64,000 nucleotides of DNA from Eledone cirrhosa (GCA_964016885.1 OZ024743.1:200570001-200634000), one strand, 5' to 3'. Positions 38,444-51,000 are shown, numbered from the stretch's first letter. Numbers and translations are program-made. The notes: generated from the letters alone by a model not told the origin.

Positions 38444-38644
38444 CAGGAAGACATGATATGAAGGTTAAAAAAACACTTGTGGATAGTGCAGTTTTAAATC
38501 AACATATGCGCATAATAAAATACATGGAACACTTTTAACCATCTTTTGTTCTTATATATTATGTATACTCCAGTCCTACAACTGTAGAGTGCTTCTTATC
38601 CGATATCTGCATTGCTTTATTGTACTACAATAAAACTCACCTCC

Positions 38645-38703
<59 letters not shown>

Positions 38704-38749
38704 GTATGTATGTATGCATGCATGTATGTATGTATGTATGTATGTATAT

Positions 38750-39325
38750 TTATGTCTCATGGTCGGGTCGTTGGCGACTAAACTGGCAACCCCACCAAGG
38801 TTTCTTGGTGAGGAGGGTGACTTTGGACATCCTGCAGGACTAAAAACAAAACTTGTCAGAGGGCAAAGGAGCTCTTAAGAGTCAATGGCCATCCAAAATC
38901 ACCGGGAGAGATGACCCCTTAGCCTTTGTCAAGGCAGAATTCTAGGAGAAGGAAAACTCTGATATAACACCTGCAACCCTGATGGTATCCAATGATGTTG
39001 ACCTGTTCTTCTTTTTGGTAAATATCATCTTGGTTAAGAGAGTGGGACTGGCTTTGTGCAGTGCCTTTGCTCACTATAAAAGCTTCACGGCACAGACATT
39101 GCTTTATATCTGGAGATCTCTCTGCACTTGTCGTCACATGGTACCATGGGCCCAGCACTATGTGTCAATAATTGTCACAAGTGTAGTGTTTGTACCAGAG
39201 TTTTCAAGTCGCTGGCTGGACTAAAAAGTCATACTCGTTCAGCCCATCGGTAGGGGTTCTCCGACATGGATATAAAGTAGTGGCCGTAGTCGAAAACGAG
39301 TTGGCAGCCACCATGTATATTTATG

Positions 39326-39356
<31 letters not shown>

Positions 39357-39661
39357 ATTTATGTATGTATGTATGTATGTATATATGTATGTATGTATGT
39401 TTGTGCAGTGCCTTTGCTCACTATAAAAGCTTCACGGCACAGGCATTGCTTTATATCTGGAGATCTCTCTGCACTTATCGTCACATGGTACCATGGGCCC
39501 AGGACTATGTGTCAATAATTGTCACAAGTGTAGTGTTTGTACCAGAGTTTTCAAGTCGCTGGCTGGACTAAAAAGTCATACTCGTTCAGCGCATCGGTAG
39601 GGGTTCTCCTACATGGATATAAAGTAGTGGTCATACTCGAAAACGAGTTGGCAGCCACCAT
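38750..39661 (+). mobile_element. RTE-like non-autonomous element with a duplicated 3' end, in (ATGT)n
   Basis: 39053-39314 is repeated at 39400-39661. Each encodes HKCSVCTRVFKSLAGLKSHTRSAHR*, a C2H2-like terminus typical of RTE-clade ORFs, followed by (ATGT)n. The 5' part resembles RTE 5' UTRs (from memory). Confidence 0.7.
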
Positions 39662-39725
39662 GTATGTATATATATATATACATACATGGATGTTTATATA
39701 TACATTTATATATATTTGTATCTCC

Positions 39726-39761
<36 letters not shown>

Positions 39762-39785
39762 TTATATATATATATATTATAGGAA

Positions 39786-39978
39786 CGATCGACTTTCGTC
39801 AAATCGTTGGTCTTTCCAATTGCTAATACTATCTATCGGTCGCAACTCCAGGTAGAAGGAGCAACGTGAAATAAAGTGTCTTGCTCAAGGACATAACGCA
39901 TCGCCTGGTCCAGGAATCGAACTCACAACCTTACGATTGCGAATCCAATTCTCTAACCACTCAGCCACACGCCTTCAC
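39786..39978 (-). mobile_element. SINE family 2
   Basis: Reverse complement of 22396-22602 with a short deletion in the tail. Confidence 0.85.
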
Positions 39979-39980
39979 AA

Positions 39981-40016
<36 letters not shown>

Positions 40017-40797
40017 TACGTAACAACTTATGGCTTGGAGCTGGTCATTCGCGAAACATGAGTTACGAGCAATTACGAATAAAATATGTTGAATTGAAAC
40101 TTCGATCTCTCTCGACAGTAACATTTTCCCGTTTCTAGTGGTCTTTATTCGATTTAATAAGCTACTTTATAGCGACTGAGTTTAATTGGAATTATTTTCT
40201 GCGTTTCAGCTTCTTACAACTTATAAATTTATTTGTTCGGCGCTGAGTGAGTTCGAAAATGTGAGCTTCATACACAAAGTTATATATTGACAGTCGATTG
40301 GCAAGATTCCAGACCTAACTCGCTTAACGCGTGGAGTGGAACTCGTCAAATCGGACCGAGGAAACAATGTTTCCATTGGTGCTTCCAATTGCTAATACTA
40401 CCTACCGGTGGCAAATCCAGGTCAAAGGATCCACTGGTTAAAGACCAAAATACCTGTTGATAACGTGATATTCCTTGTTCGATCTTTATGCTGAAAGTTT
40501 ATAGTTTTAAGCAGATATTATTATTGATTTAGGTGTCATAGAAACCCTGCATTTGGATTTTATCATAATTTCCACTTGGGTCCAGGTCTGTTTATATCAT
40601 TTATTTTGTTTGACCTGTTTAGCTTGATTTGTTTTATAGCTTAGGTGGTTAATGCCTTCTTTACCACTTTTCAGTTTGTATGGCGTTTTAACATATTGTT
40701 TAGCTCTAGTTTTTCTTAACTATTGGAGCGCTTGCCAGTATTTCTACGATTTTGCGTTTCGTTTCGCTTTTTCTACCAGCCGAAATACAATTCTCGC

Positions 40798-40833
<36 letters not shown>

Positions 40834-40850
40834 GTACCTTATATACACAG

Positions 40851-41121
<271 letters not shown>

Positions 41122-41143
41122 GTATAATAAACAATACAATATA

Positions 41144-41220
41144 ATTACCTCATTACCAGAGGTTTCCCGAATAAGACGAAATACGAAAAACGTCCTCATT
41201 CGTTCATCGGACAAGGCAAT
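41144..41220 (-). ncRNA. Type I hammerhead ribozyme with a U4C core variant
   Basis: Minus strand attgccttgt-CCGATGA-a cgaatgaggacg...cgtcttattcg g-GAAA-cc tct gg-TA-atgaggtaat; 10-bp helix I including G-U pairs. Confidence 0.75.
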
Positions 41221-41853
41221 TTAAAACATAGTGGAATATTTGAAAAATCTCCTCAAGAAAGGCAAGAGTTTAACGGGCAAATAAAAAATAAAGCAAGAGA
41301 TATATAAAAATAAGGAAATATAGTTAGGGTATGTGTATAAATGTGTATATATTCACTCACAAATGTACATATGTGTGTATGTACAAATGCATGTGTATAG
41401 TGAAAATGTGTGTGTGCGTAAGTACGTATATGAGGGCAAGCATAATAGTGTATGTGTGACCAATACGTATATAATATAGGTTGAAAGATAATGTACATCC
41501 AGATTTAGGATTAAATATATACACATACAAGTATGAAAGCACACGTATAAACACACACGCGCGATCATTTATATGCGGAAGATAAAAAGGGAAGGGAGTG
41601 TATTAGTCAAAAAGAGTGTCATATTCGATACATATAAAAATGAGACAATATATGAGAAAGAAAAAAATGTTGTTTAAATCAAAGAGAAAGTAAGAGGGAC
41701 GGGTTATCAATTATAAATTAACACTGGAGAAAACGAAAACAAACATAGGTTCGCACGTACGCACACATACATATAAAAATGTATATATATGAATACGTAC
41801 AGGCAAAAGCGCATGCATACGTACATACATACACACGAAGCACACATATATAT

Positions 41854-42810
41854 ACTAGACATGAAAAATGCGCAAGCTCAAAAGTGCCACAGAATGTTAT
41901 AATAAACCTTCAAAAGTGTGGGACTAGAGTTGTTGCTAAAAAATATTGTAATCATTATATATCGTACATTCTGTGGCATCCTTTATAAAAATAGCTTAAA
42001 CCAACGAAGCCTTTATTTTTACGCTATTTCACTTAGTTAATTCTTAGAGTGTAACATATAAAAATATGATTTACAACTATAAAATAAATAAATTAATATA
42101 ATAACAGAGCTGCGGAGCTGAAATTTAGGAAATAATGGAGTATCGGATCCTGAGTTGGAACCAGTCAATTTTTGGCCGACTCCGCAGCCCTGTATAATAC
42201 ATTTCATATTAAAGTTATTAATAAACCTATTTTACACTTCATGCAAATTACCACGAGATATTGATATTAGATATAAGATACAGCGCAATATCTACAGCTG
42301 TAAAAGTACGAAAGCGAAGTAATAATAAGTGGCTTAAGGTAATTCCAATATGAAAGTTTGTAGTGATAAAAATTTGATAATGCAATACGATTGTTAATAT
42401 TATAGTTCTATGAAAATGTAACAATAGATAACTAAATTATTTTACTATTAGTATATTTAAGAAATTATCATTATAGATTTGATCGTTCATATAAGCATCA
42501 TATTAAGTTTCAACACAATTATTTTGTTACTATGAGTATATGATAATAATATTACGTAATTATTTATAGCTGTTATTACATTAAACATAGATGTATTTAT
42601 TTTTATATGTTACACTCTAAGAATTAACTAAGTGAAATAGCGTAAAAATAAAGGCTTCGTTGGTTTAAGCTATTTTTATAAAGGATGCCACAGAATGTAC
42701 GATATATAATGATTACAATATTTTTTAGCAACAACTCTAGTCCCACACTTTTGAAGGTTTATTATAACATTCTGTGGCACTTTTGAGCTTGCGCATTTTT
42801 CATGTCTAGT
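41854..42810. mobile_element. Fold-back/MITE-like element with ~213-bp terminal inverted repeats
   Basis: 41854-42066 is the reverse complement of 42598-42810 (ACTAGACATG...CATGTCTAGT); AT-rich interior with no ORF. Confidence 0.8.
42105..42192. mobile_element. 88-bp hAT-type MITE
   Basis: TIRs CAGAGCTGCGGAG / CTCCGCAGCCCTG; 8-bp TSD TATAATAA / TATAATAC. Confidence 0.75.
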
Positions 42811-43924
42811 TTAATATTTTTTTAAGGCAACGCTTGTAATAACTCTAGTTAAACAGGATATATATTAATAATAAATTATCGTTGTAATGTAATTAGATTA
42901 TGTAATTGTTATTATAAATTATCTTATAAATATTAGTGTAAGATGTATAAAAATATTTTCAGACTTTTAATATAAACAACTACAAAAAACAATCAATATT
43001 AAATCAATATATTATACATAATAGAAAACATAAAATATACAATACAAAAACAAAATATTTACATACAATTGCAATTATCAGTGTATATACATTTTCTTTA
43101 TATTCCCTGAGCAAATTAATAAGATTTGTTTTTATTGTACATAATTTGATGACTTGTTGGAGTGTATTAAAAGATAGCAACAATTTGTGATTAAATTGTT
43201 ATCTTAAGCAACTCACTTTTTAATAGTTGTTGGCTGAGCGAAATTGTAAAAGCCTATGAGCAAATATAAAAAAAAATACACAAACAACATTTCCTTGTGT
43301 TATTACAACATTAGATAAAATAATTGAGCAATGTCGTTATATTTTGCTCTTATTGCACATTAATAGTGTTTCTATTTTTCGGCACAAATCCATTACGGCA
43401 GTCCATTACTGGTACTTTATTTTATCGAATTAGTAAGTATGAAAGTCGAAGTTAACCTCGGCAGGATTTGAACTTAGAATGCAAAGGACCATAACAATAC
43501 TGCAAAGCATGGTGTCTGACGCTCTACCAATACTTGTGTTGAGCTGGTCATTAATTTATGGTGGTCGTGCGTGGAGTAGAGCAATCGCTAGTTGAAATAT
43601 TATGAACAAAACATTTTTATTTGCCGAAGAACATATTTTCAATACTGTTTGTGAATGTGACGAAGGAAATACATTCTGATATGGAACAGTGTACAAAGTG
43701 TGTCTGTGAATAACATAATGTTACCTCATGTTGTTGTCAAGACATAATGGATTTCGTATATCCAGTTAGAAGATGAAACCTAGCCATCTCGGATTAGTTA
43801 TATTTCATGCCATGTGTAAACGTGTTTGAGGATAGCAAAATATGCGCGTTAATTATAATAATTAGTTAATAATATTACAAAATATACCTAATTAAACTCT
43901 TTGCTTGAAATTTTATCATTCTTC

Positions 43925-43986
<62 letters not shown>

Positions 43987-45940
43987 GGGGAGAGAGATTT
44001 ATCTAGTCCTTCGCTCAAGATTAATCTATAAGTTTAGATGTTTGCCTTCGTTTAAGTAAATATTACAGTAAGATTTTTAATATAAACAACTACAAAAAAC
44101 AATTAATATTAAAACGAAAAAATTATCAATGATAAAAGAAGCGGATGCAACTTTTTTTTTTATAAAGTTATATTCCTGTTTCTTTAAAGAACATTTCATT
44201 TTTGTTCTATTGTAGGCGAAATAATGCAATGGTTTAATAGGGAAGATATAACTTACGAATTATGTCTCTAACCGTGTAACGCTTTTTAAGTAGATAACTA
44301 CAATTGAAAATACTAAAGAAATGGAACCAACAATTCAATTTGAAAGTCGTCTAGTGACAGTGTATTACTGGTACTTTATTTTATCGACCCCGTAACGATG
44401 AAAGGCAAAAATGCAAATGCTTAAAATTTAAATTGCCTTAATTCTATCGTCTGCTGTTTCATTAAAGGGAGATTATCGTCTGTATTTAATTCTATCGTCT
44501 ACTGTTCCACTAAACAGATATACCTCCACTATCGTCTCTATTTATACATTTTAACTTATAACTTATACACATTTGATTTGAAATATTTTATCTAGTCCCC
44601 CCTCTCAATATTATGATGATTTCTTTCGAATGAAACAGTTCTAGTCCTGTAGAAGCCATTTATATATATAATTGAACTGAGTTAAAAATTCACAATATTT
44701 ATAATTAAATAAGCTGATATATATATGTGTGTATTTATCTGTTTATTGTATTATATATAATGTGTGTATATACAGGATGTCCCCCAAAAATGTATACACA
44801 CTTCAACAGCATTCTAATAACTATTGCCTGTACAGGTAATCAAAGTGTCAATCGAATGTTAGTTTCGTGTTTTAACAGTACAAATTTACAATACACACAT
44901 AAAACCAGTGTATATACATACATGAGTGTGTATACACATACATGAATGTGTATATACAATATATATGTATATATATATAGACACATATATTCACGGTGCA
45001 ACGGTACATTAAAATATAGATGCGGGAGAGGGGGGGTGTATATATAGGGGCGCTGGGGATAAAGGAGTGTAAAGCGTGTGTAATTGATATATTGAAGGAG
45101 AGGAGCGTGCAGCGATAGAGTAACAAATATATAGAGAGGGGGAGAGATGGTATTGAAGGGGAGGAGTGCAAAGCGAAAGAGTAAGAGATATATATAGAGA
45201 CGGAACAGATAGAGAGAAACAGGCGTAAGTAACAGTGGAAGAGATATAGAGAGAGGTACTCTGATTGGTTGAAAATTAGCCAATGACATACGATCACCAC
45301 CACCACGGCTATCCCCGAAAAATTTTTATAGAAGCTAGGCATATATGTTAGAACACGAAAAGTGAACATTCTGTTGTTTCACACTTTTCGTGTTCTAACA
45401 GATACATATATCGGCACACGTATATCTAAGCACACGTACGTACGCGACTATATATATACATATATGCATACACACACATACATACATATACATATATATA
45501 TACAAATACTTATACACATACGTTCACCCACATACACACACTAGTATAAATATAGATATAAAAAACACACATGCTCACACAGATAGACACACACACGCAC
45601 ACATACGGAGGCGCATGCACACTCACACGCATAGATATAAATTATAGACCAGCCATATGAAAAAAAGGAAATACAAATATAAAAGCGGCTGCGAAACAAC
45701 AGAATATATCTGGAGTTGAAAACGCAAGTGACAGTGGTATCAGGTAGTGAAAGAAAATGAGGAAGTAAAGTGTGGAATGTGAAGATATTAGGTAAGTGAA
45801 TCAAAAAGTGTGGGGGGGGGGGGCACTGGTGGATGTGAAGTGAAAATAAAAATAAAAATGAAAATAAAGTTAACAATGAAAGTAAATCAGAAAGAGAAGT
45901 CTGTAAAGAGGATAATTTAAGGAAAGTGAAGAACAAGAGT

Positions 45941-46385
45941 TTATGGAGGATAAGTATCTGAAAGTGAGTTAAGTTTATATGAGCTGGAAAGCAAGTGTGA
46001 TTTAATGTGTGGGCACCTGGTGAAAACTTCTGTTTTTGTATTTAGGCAGGTTTTTGGTGATTTAATGTTCTGTAAAATCCAATATTTTTCACTTATGCAG
46101 AGTGTACATCTTCTTGTAACTCTTGCATATTCTTTAGATAGGTTCAAAATTGACCAATCCAATTTATATTGGATACCTTGGTCTTTCAAATCCCATATTC
46201 TGCTAGCCAGAGCTGTTGTAAATCTTTTTTTCTGGATGTCGGAAAGATGCGATATGTGAGTAATAACACGTTTTGAATTTGTCTTGTGTCATACCCACAT
46301 ATCGTTCGCTGGTGGCTGGTAGGTTGTTGCTGATGGTTGTCACTTTAGCCGCATATACAATGGCTTTGGTGTTGCATTTGTGTCC
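45941..46385 (-). pseudogene. GIY-YIG endonuclease domain of a Penelope-like element (Naiad-like), one frameshift
   Basis: KCNTKAIVYAAKV...YVGMTQDKFKTCYYSHIASFRH / frameshift in an A run at ~46225-46231 / ALASRIWDLK...WSIL...CTLCISEK...LNTKTEVFTRCPH. Confidence 0.82.
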
Positions 46386-46463
46386 GACCCTCTACCGATA
46401 CTGCCAATCCACCAGAAGTAAGGGTGTTGTAGTTAGACTTACGATCATAATGTCATGGGTTCG

Positions 46464-46586
<123 letters not shown>

Positions 46587-46787
46587 AACAGAACAGGGAC
46601 GTGCGGATCAAACCATGGTATGGTCTGTTGGTTGTGAGGCAGATAAAAAGAAGTGTTCAACGACCTGTATAAATGATACAAAACGATATATATTAATAAT
46701 ATATATATAAATAAAAGATCGGAGGCCATATTCAGTTCGTTCAGGTTTATTTAAATCTCCGTTATCAATAGTATTAATATACATTAA

Positions 46788-46854
<67 letters not shown>

Positions 46855-47096
46855 TATGAAATACTGTTGGCTTCTTGCTCACAATAATTTCTATACTTTT
46901 CATTTATATATATATATATATATATACGTAATTCCGGGTTGAATCGGAGGTAACCACAGTAAGTAAGGTACTCAATACATTGCAGAGTATAAAAGTTTTA
47001 ATATAGATGAGATTCTACAGGACTAGAACTGTTTCATTGATGATTTCTAAAGAATAAAACAGTTCTAGTCCTGTAGAATCTCATCTATATTAAAAC

Positions 47097-47122
<26 letters not shown>

Positions 47123-47128
<6 letters not shown>

Positions 47129-48081
47129 ATGTATTTTGCAATACACTTTATGCTTAATTAAAAGCATTTTGAAGACCGTAAGCTATTGTTTTAAAGTAGT
47201 GACAAATTCACTCACTTTGATCTCAGCAAACAGGGGAGATAAGCCGACATGACATGTTTCGCTTTTGTTGAAGCTTATCAAGGCCAACTACTCCACCTGT
47301 CTACTGAGATCAATGATGTTATATTCTTATAGAAATCTAGTAAATAATCAGGAGCTGATTATGCAGAGCGGTTGTTGGTCATGCAGAAATTAAAAATTAG
47401 AATTGGAGCTCTGAAATAGCAATATATATATGGATGTATATATAATGTATTTTGCAATACACTTTATGCTTAATTAAAAGCATTTTGAAGACCGTAAGCT
47501 ATTGTTTAGATTTCTATAAGAATATAACATCATTGATCTCAGTAGACAGGTGGGGTAGTTGGCCTTGATAAGCTTCAACAAAAGCGAAACATGTCATGTC
47601 GGCTTATCTCCCCTGTTTGCTGAGATCAAAGTGAGTGAATTTGTCACTACTTTAAAATAATAGCTTACGGTCTTCAAAATGCTTTTAATTAAGCATAAAG
47701 TGTATTGCAAAATACATTATATATACATCCATATATATATTGCTATTTCAGAGCTCCAATTCTAATTTTTAATTTCTGCCTGACCAACAACCGCTCTGCA
47801 TAATCAGCTCCTGATTATTTACTAGATTTCTATAAGAATATAACATCATTGATCTCAGTAGACAGGTGGGGTAGTTGGCCTTGATAAGCTTCAACAAAAG
47901 CGAAACATGTCATGTCGGCTTATCTCCCCTGTTTGCTGAGATCAAAGTGAGTGAATTTGTCACTACTTTAAAACAATAGCTTACGGTCTTCAAAATGCTT
48001 TTAATTAAGCATAAAGTGTATTGCAAAATACATTATATATACATCCATATATATATTGCTATTTCAGAGCTCCAATTCTAA
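47123..48081. mobile_element. Retrozyme-like array of a 316-nt monomer (1.2 units antisense, then 1.8 units sense) in (TA)n
   Basis: Period 316 (47125/47441, 47507/47823, 47565/47881); inversion junction at ~47506; one HHR per monomer. Confidence 0.85.
47533..47629 (+). ncRNA. Type I hammerhead ribozyme with U3-A8 core variant and long helix I
   Basis: ttgatctcagtagacaggtggggtagttggcc-TTGATAA-gctt caacaa aagc-GAAA-cat gtc atg-TC-ggcttatctcccctgtttgctgagatcaa. Identical copy at 47849-47945(+); near-identical copy at 47217-47313(-). Confidence 0.82.
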
Positions 48082-48226
48082 TATATATATATATATAGTA
48101 TATATATATATAGTATTAATGTACATTAATCCTATTGATACTCTGCTCCCAAAGAGCATCGAGTGCTTATTCGGCATACCGCCTATGGACACAATTAATT
48201 TGAACCTTAATAATTATATATATATA

Positions 48227-49665
48227 CTAGCATTAAAGCCCGGCGTTGCTCGGGGTCAGTAAGTTACCAACGTTAAGTTGCACCACCCATTTTATGGCAG
48301 CACTTTTTTGTCTGCCAGGCACTGGGTGAATGAATTGCAGACCTGGACTGCCGAAGCAGGAGCTGCGCCAGCAGTGACAATTGTAGTTTCGCCTATGGAT
48401 ATTATCCGTGTGCAAAGAAGTGTTGAAATTTATTGTTTCACAGTACTTGCGCAACATGCGCGTAGACGATGCCAGCCGAACAACAGAGCTGCGATGGATT
48501 TGTTCTGCATGGTTGTATAATGTGTGTTTTCTAAATTTAAGACAGTAGGGAGGGGTGTGATATGGGGGAGAGTTAGCTGCTGTTTCTAGCAGGTTTAGTG
48601 ACCTCATAGAGGATATATGTTTTCTAAATTTAAGACAGTAGGGAGTGGTGTGATATGGGGGAGAGTTAACTGCTGTTTCTAGCAGGTTTAGTGACCTCAC
48701 AGAGGATATGTTTTCTAAATTTAAGACATTAGGGAGGGGTGTGATATAGAGGAGATGTAGCTGCTGTTTCTAGCAGGTTTAGTGACCTCATAGAGGATAT
48801 GTTTTCTAAATTTAAGACAGTAGGGAGTGGTGTGATATGGCGGAGAGTTAGCTGTTGTTTCTAGCAGGTTTAGTGACCTCATAGAGGATATGTTTTCTAA
48901 ATTTAAGACATTAGGGAGGGTGTGATATAGAGGAGATGTAGCTGCTGTTTCTAGCAGGTTTAGTGACCTCATAGAGGATATGTTTTCTAAATTTAAGACA
49001 GTAGGGAGTGGTGTGATATGGGGGAGAGTTAACTGTTGTTTCTAGCAGGTTTAGTGAGCTCATAGAGGATATGTTTTCTAAATTTAAGACAGTAGGGAGG
49101 GGTGTGATATGGGGGAGAGTTAGCTGCTGTTTCTAGCAGGTTTAGTGACCTCATAGAGGATATTATTGTGTATAGTAAATAAACTGATACTCCTTTCTTC
49201 CACGTTCGTTGAGAGGTTTTAAAAAAGATTTATCGCTATTTTTTTTTTATTGTTGTTGAATAAATTTATCTGTTGCTTTTGAATAATTGTTGTTTCGTAT
49301 GAAATGTAATAAGTTCTCTTTGTCATTGAAGTAAATAAATGTCCCCCTCTCCTCTCTCCCTCTCCCTCTCTTCTCTCTCTCTTCGGCGTTCCTAAAGGAA
49401 GTTTGTATGCATGTATGTAGTTTTATCGAATTTTAAGGGGAGTAGAGAGAGTAAATCTGATTGTATTAGAGGTGAGAGCGTCATGTATTCAGTTTTATCG
49501 ATTATTTCCGTAATTGTGGGTGAGTTTAAATGAAATAAATAGTCGTTGACCTAAGTTAGACCATTTACAATATTCTAACAGATGTTGAGTCGAATCGGTT
49601 TGAAATTGTGCAAATGTATAAACATGGAACATGCACACACACAACAAGAATCTGCCTTTTATAGA
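48227..49665 (-). mobile_element. Non-autonomous Helitron with an internal 91-bp minisatellite
   Basis: Minus strand 5' A|TCTATAAAAGG; 3' CCCGAGCAACGCCGGG hairpin then GCTAG|T. Confidence 0.82.
48525..49162. repeat. Seven tandem copies of a ~91-bp unit
   Basis: TGTTTTCTAAATTTAAGACA...GACCTCATAGAGGATA starts at ~48525, 48618, 48709, 48800, 48891, 48981 and 49072. Confidence 0.95.
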
Positions 49666-49666
49666 T

Positions 49667-49953
49667 AATTGTTTCTACTTTGGGCACAAGGCCATCAATT
49701 ACCCAATGCATTACTGGTACTTTATTTTATCGACTCCGTAAGGATGAAAGGCAAAGTTAACCTCGGCGGGATTTGAACTCAGATCATACAGGGAGGTAAC
49801 TCTATGCTTCAAAGCATGGCGTCCGACCCTCTACCGATACTGCCAATCCACGCTTTTATAGATAATTGTTTCTACTTTAGGCACAAGGCCAGCAAATACC
49901 CAGTGCATTACTGGTACTTTATTTTATCGACCCCGTAAGGATGAAAGGCGAAG
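49667..49953 (-). mobile_element. SINE family 1: one full copy and one 3' half in tandem
   Basis: Copies at 49667-49851 and 49863-49953; CTTTTATAGATA precedes each. Confidence 0.88.
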
Positions 49954-50218
49954 TATATATATTGATGGTATACAAGCTCCTACATAAATTGGTATAATTT
50001 CACCCAAATTGTAGGAGTCCTATAATGAAACGAGACGTCCGTCTGGGAAGAGATATATTAGATATATCTCATATGAAATAATACAGCCAATTTTCCACGC
50101 AATACTTTTAGTTAGCACCCCGAACGCATAATTGGGAATATAATCACTTATTTCCTAATGTTTGTTGAGTGAGTTGGAATTTGGCCGGAGTATCGCTAAA
50201 AAGCTTTCTCCGATAATG

Positions 50219-50286
<68 letters not shown>

Positions 50287-50288
<2 letters not shown>

Positions 50289-50801
50289 GTGGCATATATA
50301 GACTGGACTGGCTGCCAGGTTACCCAATGGCAAGTTGGCCCCAGGGAGCCCACGGAATAATTGCAGGAGCCCATAGTAACATTGCAGGGCCCACTGTAGT
50401 ATTTTAGGGGCCAATGCTTAGCTTTCAAAAAATACCTGAAGTCTAAGAGAAAAAGTTTATGGAACACCCAAATGATTTAGGAGTAGGAGCAATAACATTA
50501 AGAAAGACATGAATGTACCCCATCATTTTACTTTGAAAATTTTGAAAATAGGTTTATTAGTATGAATTTTCATAAGATTTTCGTAGTTGTCTCTGTGGCC
50601 TAGTGGTAGGTACTAGAGACGGTGGCGATCCTGGTCTTGGGTTCAATTCTGGTCGAGAGGTACATGTTGTCTTTTTCAGTTTTTATTTTACATTCCATAG
50701 GAAAAAAAAATGAAAAGGATTACCGGGAGCCCTACACCCAACCAGGATAGAATTTCACACCAGGATCACCATTGTCTATGATTCCTCCAACTACGCCGCC
50801 G
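50287..50801. mobile_element. Possible degenerate hAT-like MITE
   Basis: Imperfect ends CAGTGGCATA / TACGCCGCCG; no clear TSD. Confidence 0.35.
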
Positions 50802-51000
50802 AGACAGATACAAAAGCGCAATGAAAATTAATAATTATAAACCTACTTTCAAAATCAAACTTTAAAAGATGTGTCATTCATGGCTTTCCTAGAGCTATTA
50901 GTCATATTTAGGGTCGACTTTTCAATCTGCTGGCTCTTATTATTCCTATGTGTGTTTAACTGTTGAATTAATTTAATTTGATTATTTTAACAAACAAATA

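Noticed and set aside
42941-44113. ~43-bp direct repeat (42941 and 44071) as LTRs
   Set aside because: Too short and AT-rich, with no TG...CA ends, PBS, PPT or internal coding sequence.
48525-49162. CRISPR-like array
   Set aside because: Contiguous tandem units without unique spacers, eukaryotic context and no cas genes.
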